Source of the DNA: an uncultured virus (IMG/VR IMGVR_UViG_3300031758_000059)
Lineage: Duplodnaviria; Heunggongvirae; Uroviricota; Caudoviricetes; Crassvirales
DNA length: 64,000 bases
Reading direction: 5' to 3' (one strand)
Virus record (IMG/VR): IMGVR_UViG_3300031758_000059
Shown: positions 18,708-28,273 of the stretch, in pieces
Layout of the letters: every line of letters begins with the position of its first letter
How positions within the stretch are numbered: the stretch's first letter is position 1
Position numbers and translations under genes: made by a program
Notes under the pieces: generated by a model
What the model saw: the letters and a program-made list of their open reading frames with translations, nothing else
What the model was told of the DNA's origin: nothing
Databases searched by the model: none

Positions 18708-18899
18708 ATGACACACGAAGAAAGGATTAATCTAATTCAGGGGCTCAATGACAGACTCCTGTACCTATCAGAGGAGAAGAGAAAAGAGTTTCTCGGCTAC
18801 CTTGACGCGCTGTATAGCGTCTATCAGTTCGACAGAGTTGTGAGGTATGGCAAAGACATCATCAAAACCGAAAGCAATGGAGAGAGAGTACCTGTTTAA
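18708..18899 (+). CDS. Hypothetical protein
   Basis: Tightly packed 63-aa ORF in the early cluster. Confidence 0.55.
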   Translation: MTHEERINLIQGLNDRLLYLSEEKRKEFLGYLDALYSVYQFDRVVRYGKDIIKTESNGERVPV

Positions 18900-19035
18900 A
18901 GTTTACTACGGGCTTGAGTTTGTCAAGCTCGTGACTGCCCGCTCAAGGTGGGAGGCGGTCGAGCTTGTGTATAGCAGGCTCGTCCTTGACTATCCCGAAC
19001 TTATTCGGAGCAAAATAAGGGTTAAAAAAGTTTGA
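18847..19035 (+). CDS. Hypothetical protein (true start possibly the internal MEREY)
   Basis: Fills the gap up to the next promoter. Confidence 0.5.
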   Translation: MAKTSSKPKAMEREYLFKVYYGLEFVKLVTARSRWEAVELVYSRLVLDYPELIRSKIRVKKV

Positions 19036-19061
19036 TATGTTCAAATTTTGTCGTATCTTTG
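19031..19061 (+). promoter_or_regulatory. Bacteroidota sigma70-type promoter
   Basis: TTTG (19031-19034), 19-nt spacer, TATCTTTG (19054-19061). Confidence 0.8.
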
Positions 19062-19144
19062 TCTAAATTTAGTTCAATAACAGGGCTCGGTGCGTGTATT
19101 GTGTCTTCAAAGACACAGCGTACTACCCATAAATCAAATCAGCT

Positions 19145-20218
19145 ATGTGTGTAATCATTGTCAAACAAAAGGGCAAGCGACTGCCCCATGATGTCGCAAA
19201 AACTTCAGCGCGCCTCAATCCCCACGGACTTGGCGTGATGTGGATGGACACATTCGAGGTCACTTATCATAAGTCGAGTGAGCACAAGGTGCTACTCAGC
19301 GACCGCCCCTACATTGCCCACTTCAGATACGCCACTGTGGGCGCAATCAACAAAGAGAACACTCACCCCTTCACCTGTGGGAGCAACAGCAATGAGTGGC
19401 TAATGATGAACGGGACAATCTTCGGGCTTGGTGACAAGACCAAAAGCGATAGCAGGGTACTTGCCGAAATGCTTGGCGAGATACCGCGCAATGAGTGGCG
19501 CGATGAGCTATCCAAATATCCCTGCCGTTTTGTGACCATCAACACCCGCAACAAGTCATACCAAATGTACAACAAGCACCTGTGGACACAGCGCGATGGG
19601 ATATGGTACAGCAAAGGCAATGTACTTGAGAGTAATGTGGTGGCTGTCTACGGCACGCTAAAGCGTGGCTATGGCAATCACAGAGCATACCTTGAGGACA
19701 GCAAGTTCATGGGTAAGGGTAAGACAAAAGACAAGTACCCACTCTTAATTGACGGACTGCCATACCTTGTCAACAGACGGGGGAAAGGGCACAATGTAGA
19801 GGTGGAATTGTACAAGGTAGACGATGACACCCTGCGAAGACTTGACGCGCTCGAAGGGCATCCAAATTGGTATGAGCGCAAACAGATACCAATCAGGCTA
19901 AGCGGTGGCGTTGAGGTCACCGCGTGGATATACTTCAACGATATGCCTATTGAGGGTAGAGTCTATCACAAATCATACACGCAACAGGTAACGCGCAAGC
20001 CCTATACCTACACGCCCATGCCATCACCTGTCGATGACTGCCTGATGAATAGATACGATGATGCGGACGAGTTCAGCATTGAGGGGGAGCTACCTGTTTG
20101 CGTCAACTGCTTCCATGACCTTGAGCATGACTTTTTCAATAACTACTACTGCCAATCGTGCAATGAGTGGTTTAACGAAAAAGAAATAGTTAAATTCGGT
20201 AACCTAAAAAGCATCTAA
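19145..20218 (+). CDS. Class II (Ntn) glutamine amidotransferase fused to a gamma-glutamylcyclotransferase (AIG2-like) domain and a C-terminal Cys4 ribbon
   Basis: MC start, NPHGLG, HFRYATVG, NTHPF, MNGTI, SDS; then VAVYGTLKRG and LDALEG..WYER; then CVNC...CQSC. Confidence 0.85.
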   Translation: MCVIIVKQKGKRLPHDVAKTSARLNPHGLGVMWMDTFEVTYHKSSEHKVLLSDRPYIAHFRYATVGAINKENTHPFTCGSNSNEWLMMNGTIFGLGDKTKSDSRVLAEMLGEIPRNEWRDELSKYPCRFVTINTRNKSYQMYNKHLWTQRDGIWYSKGNVLESNVVAVYGTLKRGYGNHRAYLEDSKFMGKGKTKDKYPLLIDGLPYLVNRRGKGHNVEVELYKVDDDTLRRLDALEGHPNWYERKQIPIRLSGGVEVTAWIYFNDMPIEGRVYHKSYTQQVTRKPYTYTPMPSPVDDCLMNRYDDADEFSIEGELPVCVNCFHDLEHDFFNNYYCQSCNEWFNEKEIVKFGNLKSI

Positions 20219-20400
20219 TGGCACACATAAAAATTGAAACCGTTGGCGAAGGCACAAGAGTTGAGATACATGGCAAAGCAAAAGACTTAACCGCGATACT
20301 TGCTGATGCTATTGTGAACGACCCGCACTTCGGCATTCTCATAATGACTGCAATTGCGGCAATCGAAGAAGATAAATTCAGTAAAATAAACTTAAATTAA
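20218..20400 (+). CDS. Hypothetical protein
   Basis: Coupled 60-aa ORF. Confidence 0.55.
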   Translation: MAHIKIETVGEGTRVEIHGKAKDLTAILADAIVNDPHFGILIMTAIAAIEEDKFSKINLN

Positions 20401-20401
20401 A

Positions 20402-20776
20402 ATGGACAGGCAACTACTTGAGAACATCTTTGTCACTGCCCTCGAAGGGGGTAGTAACTATTGGTATCACATCAACAGCGCCAATCACAAAAAGGTGCGC
20501 GATGCTGTACCCAAATCAACAGACCCCTACTTTGCAACCGCTATGCTTACCGCCATCCTCGACCACGGAGTTGAGGTGGAGGTGCATGACGCAGAGAACG
20601 AGGACGAGCTACTTGGCACCTTGACTGCAAAAACAATTGAGGAGGGGCTGTACGCTGCTGATATGAGTCCTGACTACGGATGGGCATTCGTAGCTGAGCG
20701 TGACGGGACGGGTGACGCTGAGTCAAGTGATATTTTGTTTCAATATTTTGTAATCGGAGAAGTATGGTTCTCCTAA
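20402..20776 (+). CDS. Hypothetical acidic phage protein
   Basis: TALEGGSNYW...DAESSDILFQY, a recurrent early-phage-protein pattern. Confidence 0.65.
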   Translation: MDRQLLENIFVTALEGGSNYWYHINSANHKKVRDAVPKSTDPYFATAMLTAILDHGVEVEVHDAENEDELLGTLTAKTIEEGLYAADMSPDYGWAFVAERDGTGDAESSDILFQYFVIGEVWFS

Positions 20777-21003
20777 AATCAAATCAAATGGAAATGTTTT
20801 ACGACTTCTGTGGCGTGTTTGATGACATGCTAAGAAAAGACTATCGCAAATCAAAAGCAAAAGAAAAGGGTATGACCTACCCGCAGTTTTGCGTTGTCAT
20901 TTTTGCAAATTTTATGGAGGAAGCAAACGATGTACTTAATATTAAAAAGCCTAAACGATATGACACTCGTAAAAGCAAAGTGGCTAAGATGCAGAGCATG
21001 TAG
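20764..21003 (+). CDS. Hypothetical protein
   Basis: AAATCAAATCAAA leader precedes the internal MEMFY start. Confidence 0.5.
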   Translation: MVLLKSNQMEMFYDFCGVFDDMLRKDYRKSKAKEKGMTYPQFCVVIFANFMEEANDVLNIKKPKRYDTRKSKVAKMQSM

Positions 21004-21088
21004 ACGCATGTTCACGCAGACAATAGTCAAGAAAAAAAAGAGCAGACCTGAGTGTCCACACTGTAAAAAAGTAAACCATGATACATGA
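20960..21088 (+). CDS. Small basic zinc-ribbon protein
   Basis: MTLVKAKWLRCRAC...ECPHCKK. Confidence 0.5.
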   Translation: MTLVKAKWLRCRACRRMFTQTIVKKKKSRPECPHCKKVNHDT

Positions 21089-21290
21089 GTTCAGAACAAC
21101 AATCGCAGTAAAGACCCCACACGGGGACGGGGACGCGATACTATTCATTGACTACGGACTAAACGTCAATAGCGTATGGGTGGTAAGACTGCATGGCGGT
21201 GAGGTCAAACACTATTACTCAGACCAAATCCATATCTACGGCAATCCAATGGACGGGCGTGGATGGGATATAAAACAAGCAGGGATATGA
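21078..21290 (+). CDS. Hypothetical protein
   Basis: VKTPHGDGDAILFIDYGLNVNSVWVV, a recurrent phage pattern. Confidence 0.6.
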   Translation: MIHEFRTTIAVKTPHGDGDAILFIDYGLNVNSVWVVRLHGGEVKHYYSDQIHIYGNPMDGRGWDIKQAGI

Positions 21291-21420
21291 AACAAAGACT
21301 CTACATCTTGGGTGAGTTTCTACACTTCATCTTTGTAGCTACACCCGTATTTCTTATGGTCATTACAGCAGTGTACGTTGGATTCTTTTTTTATGACATC
21401 TATAACTTAACTAAAAAACT

Positions 21421-21738
21421 ATGGCAAAAATTTTCAAAGCATTAGACGGGATGCTGTATATGAACGTCACACCGCACGCCTATGAGCTGTGGCGCGGTAA
21501 GACGCTTGACCTGTTCGTTGTGTGGGAGAAGGGTGCAACCGTATACAAGCTACCCATCTTGGAAGAGGTCGAGCTAACCTACGCACTAACACAGGAGGGT
21601 AAGCACATCTGTATTGAAATCGGTTCAGCCGAACAGCTTTCAGACCTACTCAAAATCAAATCATTCAAATGGGAGAAGGCTGACACCATCACACACGAAG
21701 GGTTTTTATATGTAAAGTATAACGACCTTTTGGATTAG
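21421..21738 (+). CDS. Hypothetical protein, apparent paralogue of 18207-18407
   Basis: Aligns by eye to the 66-aa ORF along its length. Confidence 0.65.
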   Translation: MAKIFKALDGMLYMNVTPHAYELWRGKTLDLFVVWEKGATVYKLPILEEVELTYALTQEGKHICIEIGSAEQLSDLLKIKSFKWEKADTITHEGFLYVKYNDLLD

Positions 21739-21759
21739 TCAGAAATTATTGTATCTTTG
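21729..21759 (+). promoter_or_regulatory. Bacteroidota sigma70-type promoter
   Basis: TTTG (21729-21732), 19-nt spacer, TATCTTTG (21752-21759). Confidence 0.8.
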
Positions 21760-21782
21760 TACTAAATTTAATCAAATTAACT

Positions 21783-22010
21783 ATGACACAAACAGACTTT
21801 GTTAACACCGGTCGCATCGTTGACCTTAAGACATTCACTAATTTATACCCGAAGGCGGAGCTTCAGTCCGACTGCACAGATGTCGTATTATATCAGGACG
21901 GATGGTATATTCAGATGCTCAAGACGGGGTGGTTTTTCTTTAACGGCTATCAGCATCACACCCTTGAGGCAATGGAAAAATTATTGTGGATAAAGTTCAA
22001 CGAGAATTGA
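21783..22010 (+). CDS. Hypothetical protein
   Basis: 75-aa ORF immediately downstream of the promoter. Confidence 0.6.
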   Translation: MTQTDFVNTGRIVDLKTFTNLYPKAELQSDCTDVVLYQDGWYIQMLKTGWFFFNGYQHHTLEAMEKLLWIKFNEN

Positions 22011-22048
22011 ACAAATTAACATATCTTAGCAGACCTAAATTTAATCTA

Positions 22049-22351
22049 ATGAAAAGCGATGTTTTTAATCAATACGTGGAGCGCATATCAGAGCTGTTCC
22101 ATATCACAAGGGACGAGCTGTTCTCTAAATCAAAACGCAGAGAGCTTGTCGATGCTCGCCACTTGCTTTACTACCTATGCTACAAAAGACCGATGACGCT
22201 TGGCTACATTCAAAAGTACATGGCAAGTAACGGCTACACTATCCAACATTCTTCTGTTATTCATGGGGTGAACACCGTTGAGCGCAGAGTCAAAGAGGAT
22301 AGCGACTACATGCAAGTAGTCAAGGATATTCAGAAAGCAGTCTTCATTTAG
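22049..22351 (+). CDS. DnaA C-terminal (domain IV)-like HTH protein
   Basis: ELFSKSKRRELVDARHLLYYL...HSSVIHGVNTVE resembles the DnaA signature (R..I...RQ.AMYL...DHTTV.HA). Confidence 0.75.
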   Translation: MKSDVFNQYVERISELFHITRDELFSKSKRRELVDARHLLYYLCYKRPMTLGYIQKYMASNGYTIQHSSVIHGVNTVERRVKEDSDYMQVVKDIQKAVFI

Positions 22352-22375
22352 TAATCACAAATAAAACCTACAGTA

Positions 22376-22966
22376 ATGGCAAACGAAAAAACCGTTTACG
22401 CAACCTTGTCGGCTATAAGCGTCAAGGAGAAAATCGAACGCAAGGGAAACCTTGACTATCTATCATGGGCAAATGCTTGGTCCATGCTCAAATCCAATTA
22501 CCCCGATGCACAGCGCAGAGTTTATGAGAACGCTGACGGGATGAACTACTTCAGCGATGGGACATCTTGTTGGGTGAAGGTGGGTATCACCGTTGGAGGT
22601 ATTGAGCATATTGACTACCTGCCTATCATGGACTTTAAAAATCAGTCCATCCCACTAACAAAGGTGACGTCTATTGATGTGACCAAAGCTATTCAGCGAA
22701 GCACTGCAAAGGCAATTGCGATGCACGGACTTGGACTATCCCTTTGGACGGGTGAAGACCTTCCTGAGATGGTTGCTGAAGCACCGAAGAAACCCGCGCA
22801 GGACGAGCTTCTTGAGTTGAAGAAAGGCACAGCGAATTGGGAGGCGGTGGTAAAGTATGTGACGGACAACAAGGCACAGGGCATTGAGGCAATCGGCAAA
22901 CAGCTTGTTCGTAAGTACAAAATTTCACCCGCACTCAAAAAAGAAATCGCTGAGCTATGCAAGTAA
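22376..22966 (+). CDS. Single-strand annealing protein (Sak3/DUF1071-like)
   Basis: LDYLSWANAW...YLPIMDFKN...KAIQRSTAKAIAMHGLGLSLWTGEDLP. Confidence 0.8.
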   Translation: MANEKTVYATLSAISVKEKIERKGNLDYLSWANAWSMLKSNYPDAQRRVYENADGMNYFSDGTSCWVKVGITVGGIEHIDYLPIMDFKNQSIPLTKVTSIDVTKAIQRSTAKAIAMHGLGLSLWTGEDLPEMVAEAPKKPAQDELLELKKGTANWEAVVKYVTDNKAQGIEAIGKQLVRKYKISPALKKEIAELCK

Positions 22967-23688
22967 TCGATAAACTTAGAGATGACCACGAGTATTACAG
23001 GGGGATAGGTAAGAACTACCTATCCAATTCAGACATCGGTGCGCTACTTACCAATCCTAAATCTTTCCGAAAGGATAGGGATGATAACAAGAGTTTTGCT
23101 GAGGGAAGGCTATTTCATCAGCTCTTGCTTGAACCTGAGAAGATTCACAAGGTAGACAGCGTTGACGTGAGCTCCCGTAATACCAAAGAGTACAAGACAT
23201 ATTGTTCGGAGCGCAATTTAGAGTTCGCCCTGCTTACAAAGGAGGTTGAGGAGATTCACAAGCTTGTCGGTGTAATTAAAGCAAACATTGCCTTTTACGA
23301 TGACATCTATCAGGCAGGCTCTTTGTATGAGGAGCCGATGGTAGGGGACATCAAAGGAGTAGAGTGGAAGGGGAAGGCTGACATCGTCACGCCTGAGTTT
23401 ATCATCGACCTGAAGACTACTTCTGACATCAACAAGTTCAAGTGGTCAGCCAAAGCCTATCACTATGACTCGCAGTGTTACATCTACCAACAGCTGTTTG
23501 GCAAACCCCTCGTCTTCTACGTCATCGACAAGGAGACGGCACAGCTCGGCATCTTTAGACCCACAGAGAACTTCATCAGAGGTGGGGAGCTAAAGGTTGA
23601 GCGCGCCATTGAGGTGTATCAAAAGTACTTTGGTCCTAACGCGACTGAGGATATAGACAATCATTTTATTAACGAAACATTAGACTAA
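22957..23688 (+). CDS. PD-(D/E)XK exonuclease (RecE/ExoVIII-like)
   Basis: LSNSDI, GRLFHQLLLEP, KGKADIV..IIDLKTT and YDSQCYIY; adjacent to the annealing protein. Confidence 0.8.
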   Translation: MQVIDKLRDDHEYYRGIGKNYLSNSDIGALLTNPKSFRKDRDDNKSFAEGRLFHQLLLEPEKIHKVDSVDVSSRNTKEYKTYCSERNLEFALLTKEVEEIHKLVGVIKANIAFYDDIYQAGSLYEEPMVGDIKGVEWKGKADIVTPEFIIDLKTTSDINKFKWSAKAYHYDSQCYIYQQLFGKPLVFYVIDKETAQLGIFRPTENFIRGGELKVERAIEVYQKYFGPNATEDIDNHFINETLD

Positions 23689-23690
23689 TC

Positions 23691-23969
23691 ATGGAAAATC
23701 AAGAGAGAATCTTTGCCGATGGTTTTATCATCAAGCGCAGAGACAACGCACCTGAGTTTGTAATCGGGAATCTATCAATCAAAGTGGACGAAGCCATTGC
23801 CTTTCTCAAGAAGTATGAGAAGAAGGGATGGGTGAATCTTAACCTGAAAAAGGGACGTAGTGGAAACCCTTACGTTGAGCTCGACACCTTCGAGGCTAAG
23901 CCAAAGGACACAGGCGCAGCCGTGTCTGCTAAAGCTGAACCTGAAGACGATGGCAATTTACCGTTTTAA
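23691..23969 (+). CDS. Putative single-stranded DNA-binding protein
   Basis: Small beta-rich protein with an SSB-type acidic tail EDDGNLPF, in the recombination cluster. Confidence 0.6.
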   Translation: MENQERIFADGFIIKRRDNAPEFVIGNLSIKVDEAIAFLKKYEKKGWVNLNLKKGRSGNPYVELDTFEAKPKDTGAAVSAKAEPEDDGNLPF

Positions 23970-23989
23970 GTCCCATAGCTATACCGAAT

Positions 23990-24015
23990 GGGGGGTTTCT
24001 ACCCCCTTTCTTTTT
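23990..24015 (+). terminator. Intrinsic terminator
   Basis: GGGGGGT-TTCT-ACCCCC followed by TTTCTTTTT. Confidence 0.7.
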
Positions 24016-24029
24016 CTCTTAAATATGCC

Positions 24030-24186
24030 AATTTGTTCTTCTCCCTATACTATATATATATTTCTATATATTATTATTATTCTATAGAATACAAAGTAAA
24101 ATAAAAATTGACATAATTGACAGTAAGTTAGTAATCAATTGCTTAAGCGTACATATTAACGACATAACGATAACATTTATGACATA
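24030..24186. repeat. AT-rich origin-like element, copy B
   Basis: (TA)n tract and GACATA repeats directly upstream of the primase-helicase; related to 14955-15075. Confidence 0.5.
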
Positions 24187-26587
24187 TCAGATAACAATCT
24201 TCCAAAACATCAAGGAAACTGCCGCTCCCTTCCATAGAGATGTGCGTGTAATCCTTGAGCGTATCAAGGAGGGGGCGACTAAAGACCTTGTCAAAAAGAT
24301 AAGACAGGAGAAGCGTAAGACTGAACGCAATGAATTAAAAAAGCAACTGCCCGCCATTTGCTTCAGTGGTACGTTTACCAAGAGGGCAGACACTGCCATC
24401 GTGGAGCATAGTGGTCTTATCTGTCTTGACTTTGATGGGTATGACAAGCAGAAGGTACTGCTAAATGATAAAGAAACTTTGAGTAAGAATAAATACGTAT
24501 ACTCAGTGTTCATTTCGCCATCGGGCAATGGTCTAAAGGTGCTCGTCAAGATACCGGCTGATGCAGACAACCACGTAAACTACTTTAACAGCTTAGAAAA
24601 GTACTTTAATTCCCCTTTCTTCGATAAAACGAGTAAGAACCTTAGTCGGGTGTGTTACGAGTCCTATGACCCTCTAATACACGTTAACGAGAATAGTAGC
24701 GTATGGGATACCATCGAGGAGGTGGAGTACACGGAGGTGAATAGGTACAAGGACACGGCAACTATACCCATTACGGACGAGAATAAGATAGTTGAGATAC
24801 TTGTAAAGTGGTGGCAGAAGAAGTACCCGATGACCGAGGGGCAGCGCAATCAGAACTGCTACGTCCTTGCGATGGCGTTCAATGACTTTGGGATTAATAA
24901 GAGTTTGGCGAGCTATGTTCTCAATCAGTATGCAACTAATGATTTCCCCTTAAAGGAGATACAGACCACGATTGAGTCGGCTTACAGGAACACGGCATCC
25001 TTTGGCACCAAGTACTACGAGGATGAGGAGCGAGTAAATCAAATCAAGGCAAAGCTGAGACGCGGTGTCTCAAAAAAAGAGGTGCGCCTCCAACTGCAGG
25101 ACTCCAATTTGGATGGCGACACGATAGAAGCGGTGCTTGCAAAGGTCGAGGAGGAGAATGCGAAGCAAACCTTTTGGACCAAGAACGACAAGGGAGTCAT
25201 CAAGATAGTACACATTCTCTTTAAGCAGTTCTTAGAGGACTCAGGGTTCTACAAGTACTGCCCTGAAGGTGGGAAGAACTATGTATTTGTGAAAGTCACA
25301 AATAATCTGATTGACCACACATCAGAGAAGGAGATAAAGGACTTCGTCCTAAACCACCTGCTTGAGTTAGACGACATCATGGTGTACAACTACTTCGCTG
25401 ACAACACGAGATTCTTCAAGGAAGAGTTTTTGTCTATGCTGAGTACAATTGACATCTACTTTATTGAGGATACCAAAGATGCAGCGTACTTGTACTACAA
25501 GAACTGTGCGGTGCAGATAACAAAGGATGAGATAAAGCCTATTGACTACCTTGATTTGGGAGGGTATGTGTGGAAGGACCACGTGATAGATAGGAACTTT
25601 AGTATGTGCAAGGTGACATCAAGGTGTGACTACAGGAAGTTCATCCGCAATATCTGTGGTGGTGACGACAGCAGGGCAGCTTCAATGGAGAGTACCATTG
25701 GATTCCTATTGCATGGCTACAAGAACCTGAGCTTCTGTCCTGCGGTGATTTTAAATGACGAGGTCATCAGCGATAACCCTGAAGGTGGTACGGGTAAGGG
25801 GCTTTTTATGAATGCGCTGAGCAATATGAAGAAGCTTGTGGTAATTGATGGCAAGAGCTTCACCTTTGAGCGAAGTTTTGCTTATCAGTTGGTGTCAGCG
25901 GATACGCAGATACTATGCTTTGATGACGTGAAGAAACATTTTGACTTTGAGCGACTCTTCAGCGTGGTGACCGAAGGTCTCACGCTTGAGAAGAAGAACA
26001 AGGATGCCATCAAGATTCCATTCAGCAAGAGTCCTAAGATTGCCATCACTACCAACTACGCCATCAAGGGTAGCGGTAATTCATTTGCCCGTAGGAAGTG
26101 GGAGCTTGAGCTACATCAGTATTATTCCAAGGCGTATACGCCACTTGATGAGTTTGGTAAGCTCATGTTCGGGGATTGGACAGATGATGATTGGTGTGAG
26201 TTTGACAACTACATGATAGGTTGTCTCAAGTCTTATCTTAGAACCGGATTAGTGAAGAGTAAGTTTGTAAACCTAAAGATTCGTCAGCTATCAGCAGAGA
26301 CATCGCACGACTTTATTGAATGGTGCGGTCTTGTGGAGGGACAGCCTAAGAATACTTCACTTGAAACAGGGGTAAGGGTGTACAAGAACGAGCTCTATCA
26401 CGACTTCATCAGCGAGTATCCTGACTACGGACCGAAGGCAAAGATGACCATCAGTAGGACCAAGTTCTACAAATGGTTGGTTGCTTACGCGATGTACAAA
26501 GAGGGTATCGTTCCTGAAGAAGGGCGCGACCTGAATGGAAGATGGATTATTATTCACCGTAAAAAAGAAAAGGATGCAGATAGTTGA
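24179..26587 (+). CDS. Primase-helicase (BT4734/VirE-N-like primase, PriCT-like linker, P-loop NTPase)
   Basis: HSGLICLDFD, FISPSGNGLK, EGQRN, Walker A EGGTGKG, Walker B ILCFDD, IAITTN. Confidence 0.85.
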   Translation: MTYQITIFQNIKETAAPFHRDVRVILERIKEGATKDLVKKIRQEKRKTERNELKKQLPAICFSGTFTKRADTAIVEHSGLICLDFDGYDKQKVLLNDKETLSKNKYVYSVFISPSGNGLKVLVKIPADADNHVNYFNSLEKYFNSPFFDKTSKNLSRVCYESYDPLIHVNENSSVWDTIEEVEYTEVNRYKDTATIPITDENKIVEILVKWWQKKYPMTEGQRNQNCYVLAMAFNDFGINKSLASYVLNQYATNDFPLKEIQTTIESAYRNTASFGTKYYEDEERVNQIKAKLRRGVSKKEVRLQLQDSNLDGDTIEAVLAKVEEENAKQTFWTKNDKGVIKIVHILFKQFLEDSGFYKYCPEGGKNYVFVKVTNNLIDHTSEKEIKDFVLNHLLELDDIMVYNYFADNTRFFKEEFLSMLSTIDIYFIEDTKDAAYLYYKNCAVQITKDEIKPIDYLDLGGYVWKDHVIDRNFSMCKVTSRCDYRKFIRNICGGDDSRAASMESTIGFLLHGYKNLSFCPAVILNDEVISDNPEGGTGKGLFMNALSNMKKLVVIDGKSFTFERSFAYQLVSADTQILCFDDVKKHFDFERLFSVVTEGLTLEKKNKDAIKIPFSKSPKIAITTNYAIKGSGNSFARRKWELELHQYYSKAYTPLDEFGKLMFGDWTDDDWCEFDNYMIGCLKSYLRTGLVKSKFVNLKIRQLSAETSHDFIEWCGLVEGQPKNTSLETGVRVYKNELYHDFISEYPDYGPKAKMTISRTKFYKWLVAYAMYKEGIVPEEGRDLNGRWIIIHRKKEKDADS

Positions 26588-28025
26588 GAGAACACCGGGG
26601 TATTCTGACTACAGCATGTGGAAGTACTGCGATACTCTTTGCCGTGTGATGGGACAGATGAAAGAGGTGAAGACAGGCAGGGGCGTAAAGATTGAAGTGA
26701 GCTACGTGTACAAGTATAAGGATGCACCGGAGATTCTTCCACGGCTACAACGTAGCCGAGACTATTATAAAAACCTACACGAAAAAGGAGGTAGCCAAGT
26801 GGAATTTAGACCATATCAAATAGAGATAATTGCATTAGGGTCCAAGACCCTAATGGCACATCGCTTCCTTTACCTCGCCATGGAGGTGAGAACAGGTAAG
26901 ACGCTCACGAGTTTGGGTATAGCAGATGCGTTAGGATTCAAGCAGGTGTTATTCGTTACAAAGAAGAAGGCTATCGGTAGCATCGAAGATGACTACGCTG
27001 CGCTAAACCCAAGCTTCAAGATTACCGTCATCAACTACGAGAGTTTGCATACGGTGATGGATGATGAGATGTGGAACTTGATTATCCTTGACGAGGCGCA
27101 TGGGCTCGGAGCCTTTGCTAAACCAAGCGAGAGAGCGGTGATGGTGAAAGATTTGATTGAGAAGTGTGACCCGTATGTGATACTGCTTAGTGGTACACCA
27201 ACACCTGAGAGTTACTCGCAGATGTATCATCAGGTGTATGGCATACCCGGAAACCCGTTTCACGGGTACCGAAACTTCTATCGGTTTGCTGACGACTACG
27301 TCAGGATTACCAAGAAGAAAATCAACGGGCTATTCGTTAATGATTACAGCAAGGGGCTTGATAGTATCATCGAAGCCATGAAGCCCTACACTATCAACTA
27401 CTCTCAGCAGGACGCAGGCTTTGTGACGCAGGTGACTGAGGAAGTACTTGAGGTGGAGATGAAGCCAAGCACGGTGGAGTTGATTAAGAAGCTGAAAAAG
27501 GACTTGGTAGTGGAAGGTAAGAGCGAAATTATTCTTGCAGATACTCCTGTGAAGCTAATGATGAAGGTGCATCAGCTATGTAGTGGGACTATCAAGTTTG
27601 AGAGTGGCAACAGCATGGTGCTTGACACAAGTAAGGCTGAGTTCATTAAAGAATACTTTGCCGGTTGTAAGATTGGAATCTTTTACAAGTTTAAGGAGGA
27701 GCTCTCTGCGTTGCAGTCAGTATTCAAGGATGACTTGACAACTGAACTTAGTGTCTTTGAAGACACCAATAAGAACATAGCTTTGCAGATTGTAAGTGGG
27801 CGTGAGGGAATAAGTCTTAAGCAGGCTGACTACTTAGTGTACTACAATATTGACTTTAGTGCTACAAGTTATTGGCAGAGTAAGGACAGGATGACTACCA
27901 AAGAACGTGCGTTCAACCACGTGTATTGGGTGTTCAGCAAGGGAGGAATCGAGCATGACATCTACAAGGCGGTAACCAAGAAAAAAGATTATACCTTAAA
28001 ACATTTTGAGAAAGACTACTTGTAA
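26574..28025 (+). CDS. Superfamily 2 (SNF2-like) helicase
   Basis: FRPYQ, EVRTGKT, IILDEAH, LLSGTP and SGREGISL; start taken at MQIVER. Confidence 0.85.
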   Translation: MQIVERTPGYSDYSMWKYCDTLCRVMGQMKEVKTGRGVKIEVSYVYKYKDAPEILPRLQRSRDYYKNLHEKGGSQVEFRPYQIEIIALGSKTLMAHRFLYLAMEVRTGKTLTSLGIADALGFKQVLFVTKKKAIGSIEDDYAALNPSFKITVINYESLHTVMDDEMWNLIILDEAHGLGAFAKPSERAVMVKDLIEKCDPYVILLSGTPTPESYSQMYHQVYGIPGNPFHGYRNFYRFADDYVRITKKKINGLFVNDYSKGLDSIIEAMKPYTINYSQQDAGFVTQVTEEVLEVEMKPSTVELIKKLKKDLVVEGKSEIILADTPVKLMMKVHQLCSGTIKFESGNSMVLDTSKAEFIKEYFAGCKIGIFYKFKEELSALQSVFKDDLTTELSVFEDTNKNIALQIVSGREGISLKQADYLVYYNIDFSATSYWQSKDRMTTKERAFNHVYWVFSKGGIEHDIYKAVTKKKDYTLKHFEKDYL

Positions 28026-28273
28026 TGACCGAGCAGCAGATACAAAGCAAGCTGATTAAAGAGCTTGAGGATAAGGGATACTACGTCATCAAACTGATGA
28101 AGACCAATAAGAATGGTATCCCTGACCTCATTGCTATACCAAAGGATAGCGATGTTGAGTTCATTGAAGTCAAGCGTGCGGATGGTAAGCTAAGTAAACT
28201 ACAAGAGTTTCGTATTAAAGAATTAACTAAACATGGAATTAAAGCAATTGTCTATCGAGGACCAAAGGACTGA
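28025..28273 (+). CDS. VRR-NUC domain nuclease
   Basis: TEQQIQ...GIPDL...FIEVK...GKLSKLQ. Confidence 0.85.
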   Translation: MTEQQIQSKLIKELEDKGYYVIKLMKTNKNGIPDLIAIPKDSDVEFIEVKRADGKLSKLQEFRIKELTKHGIKAIVYRGPKD

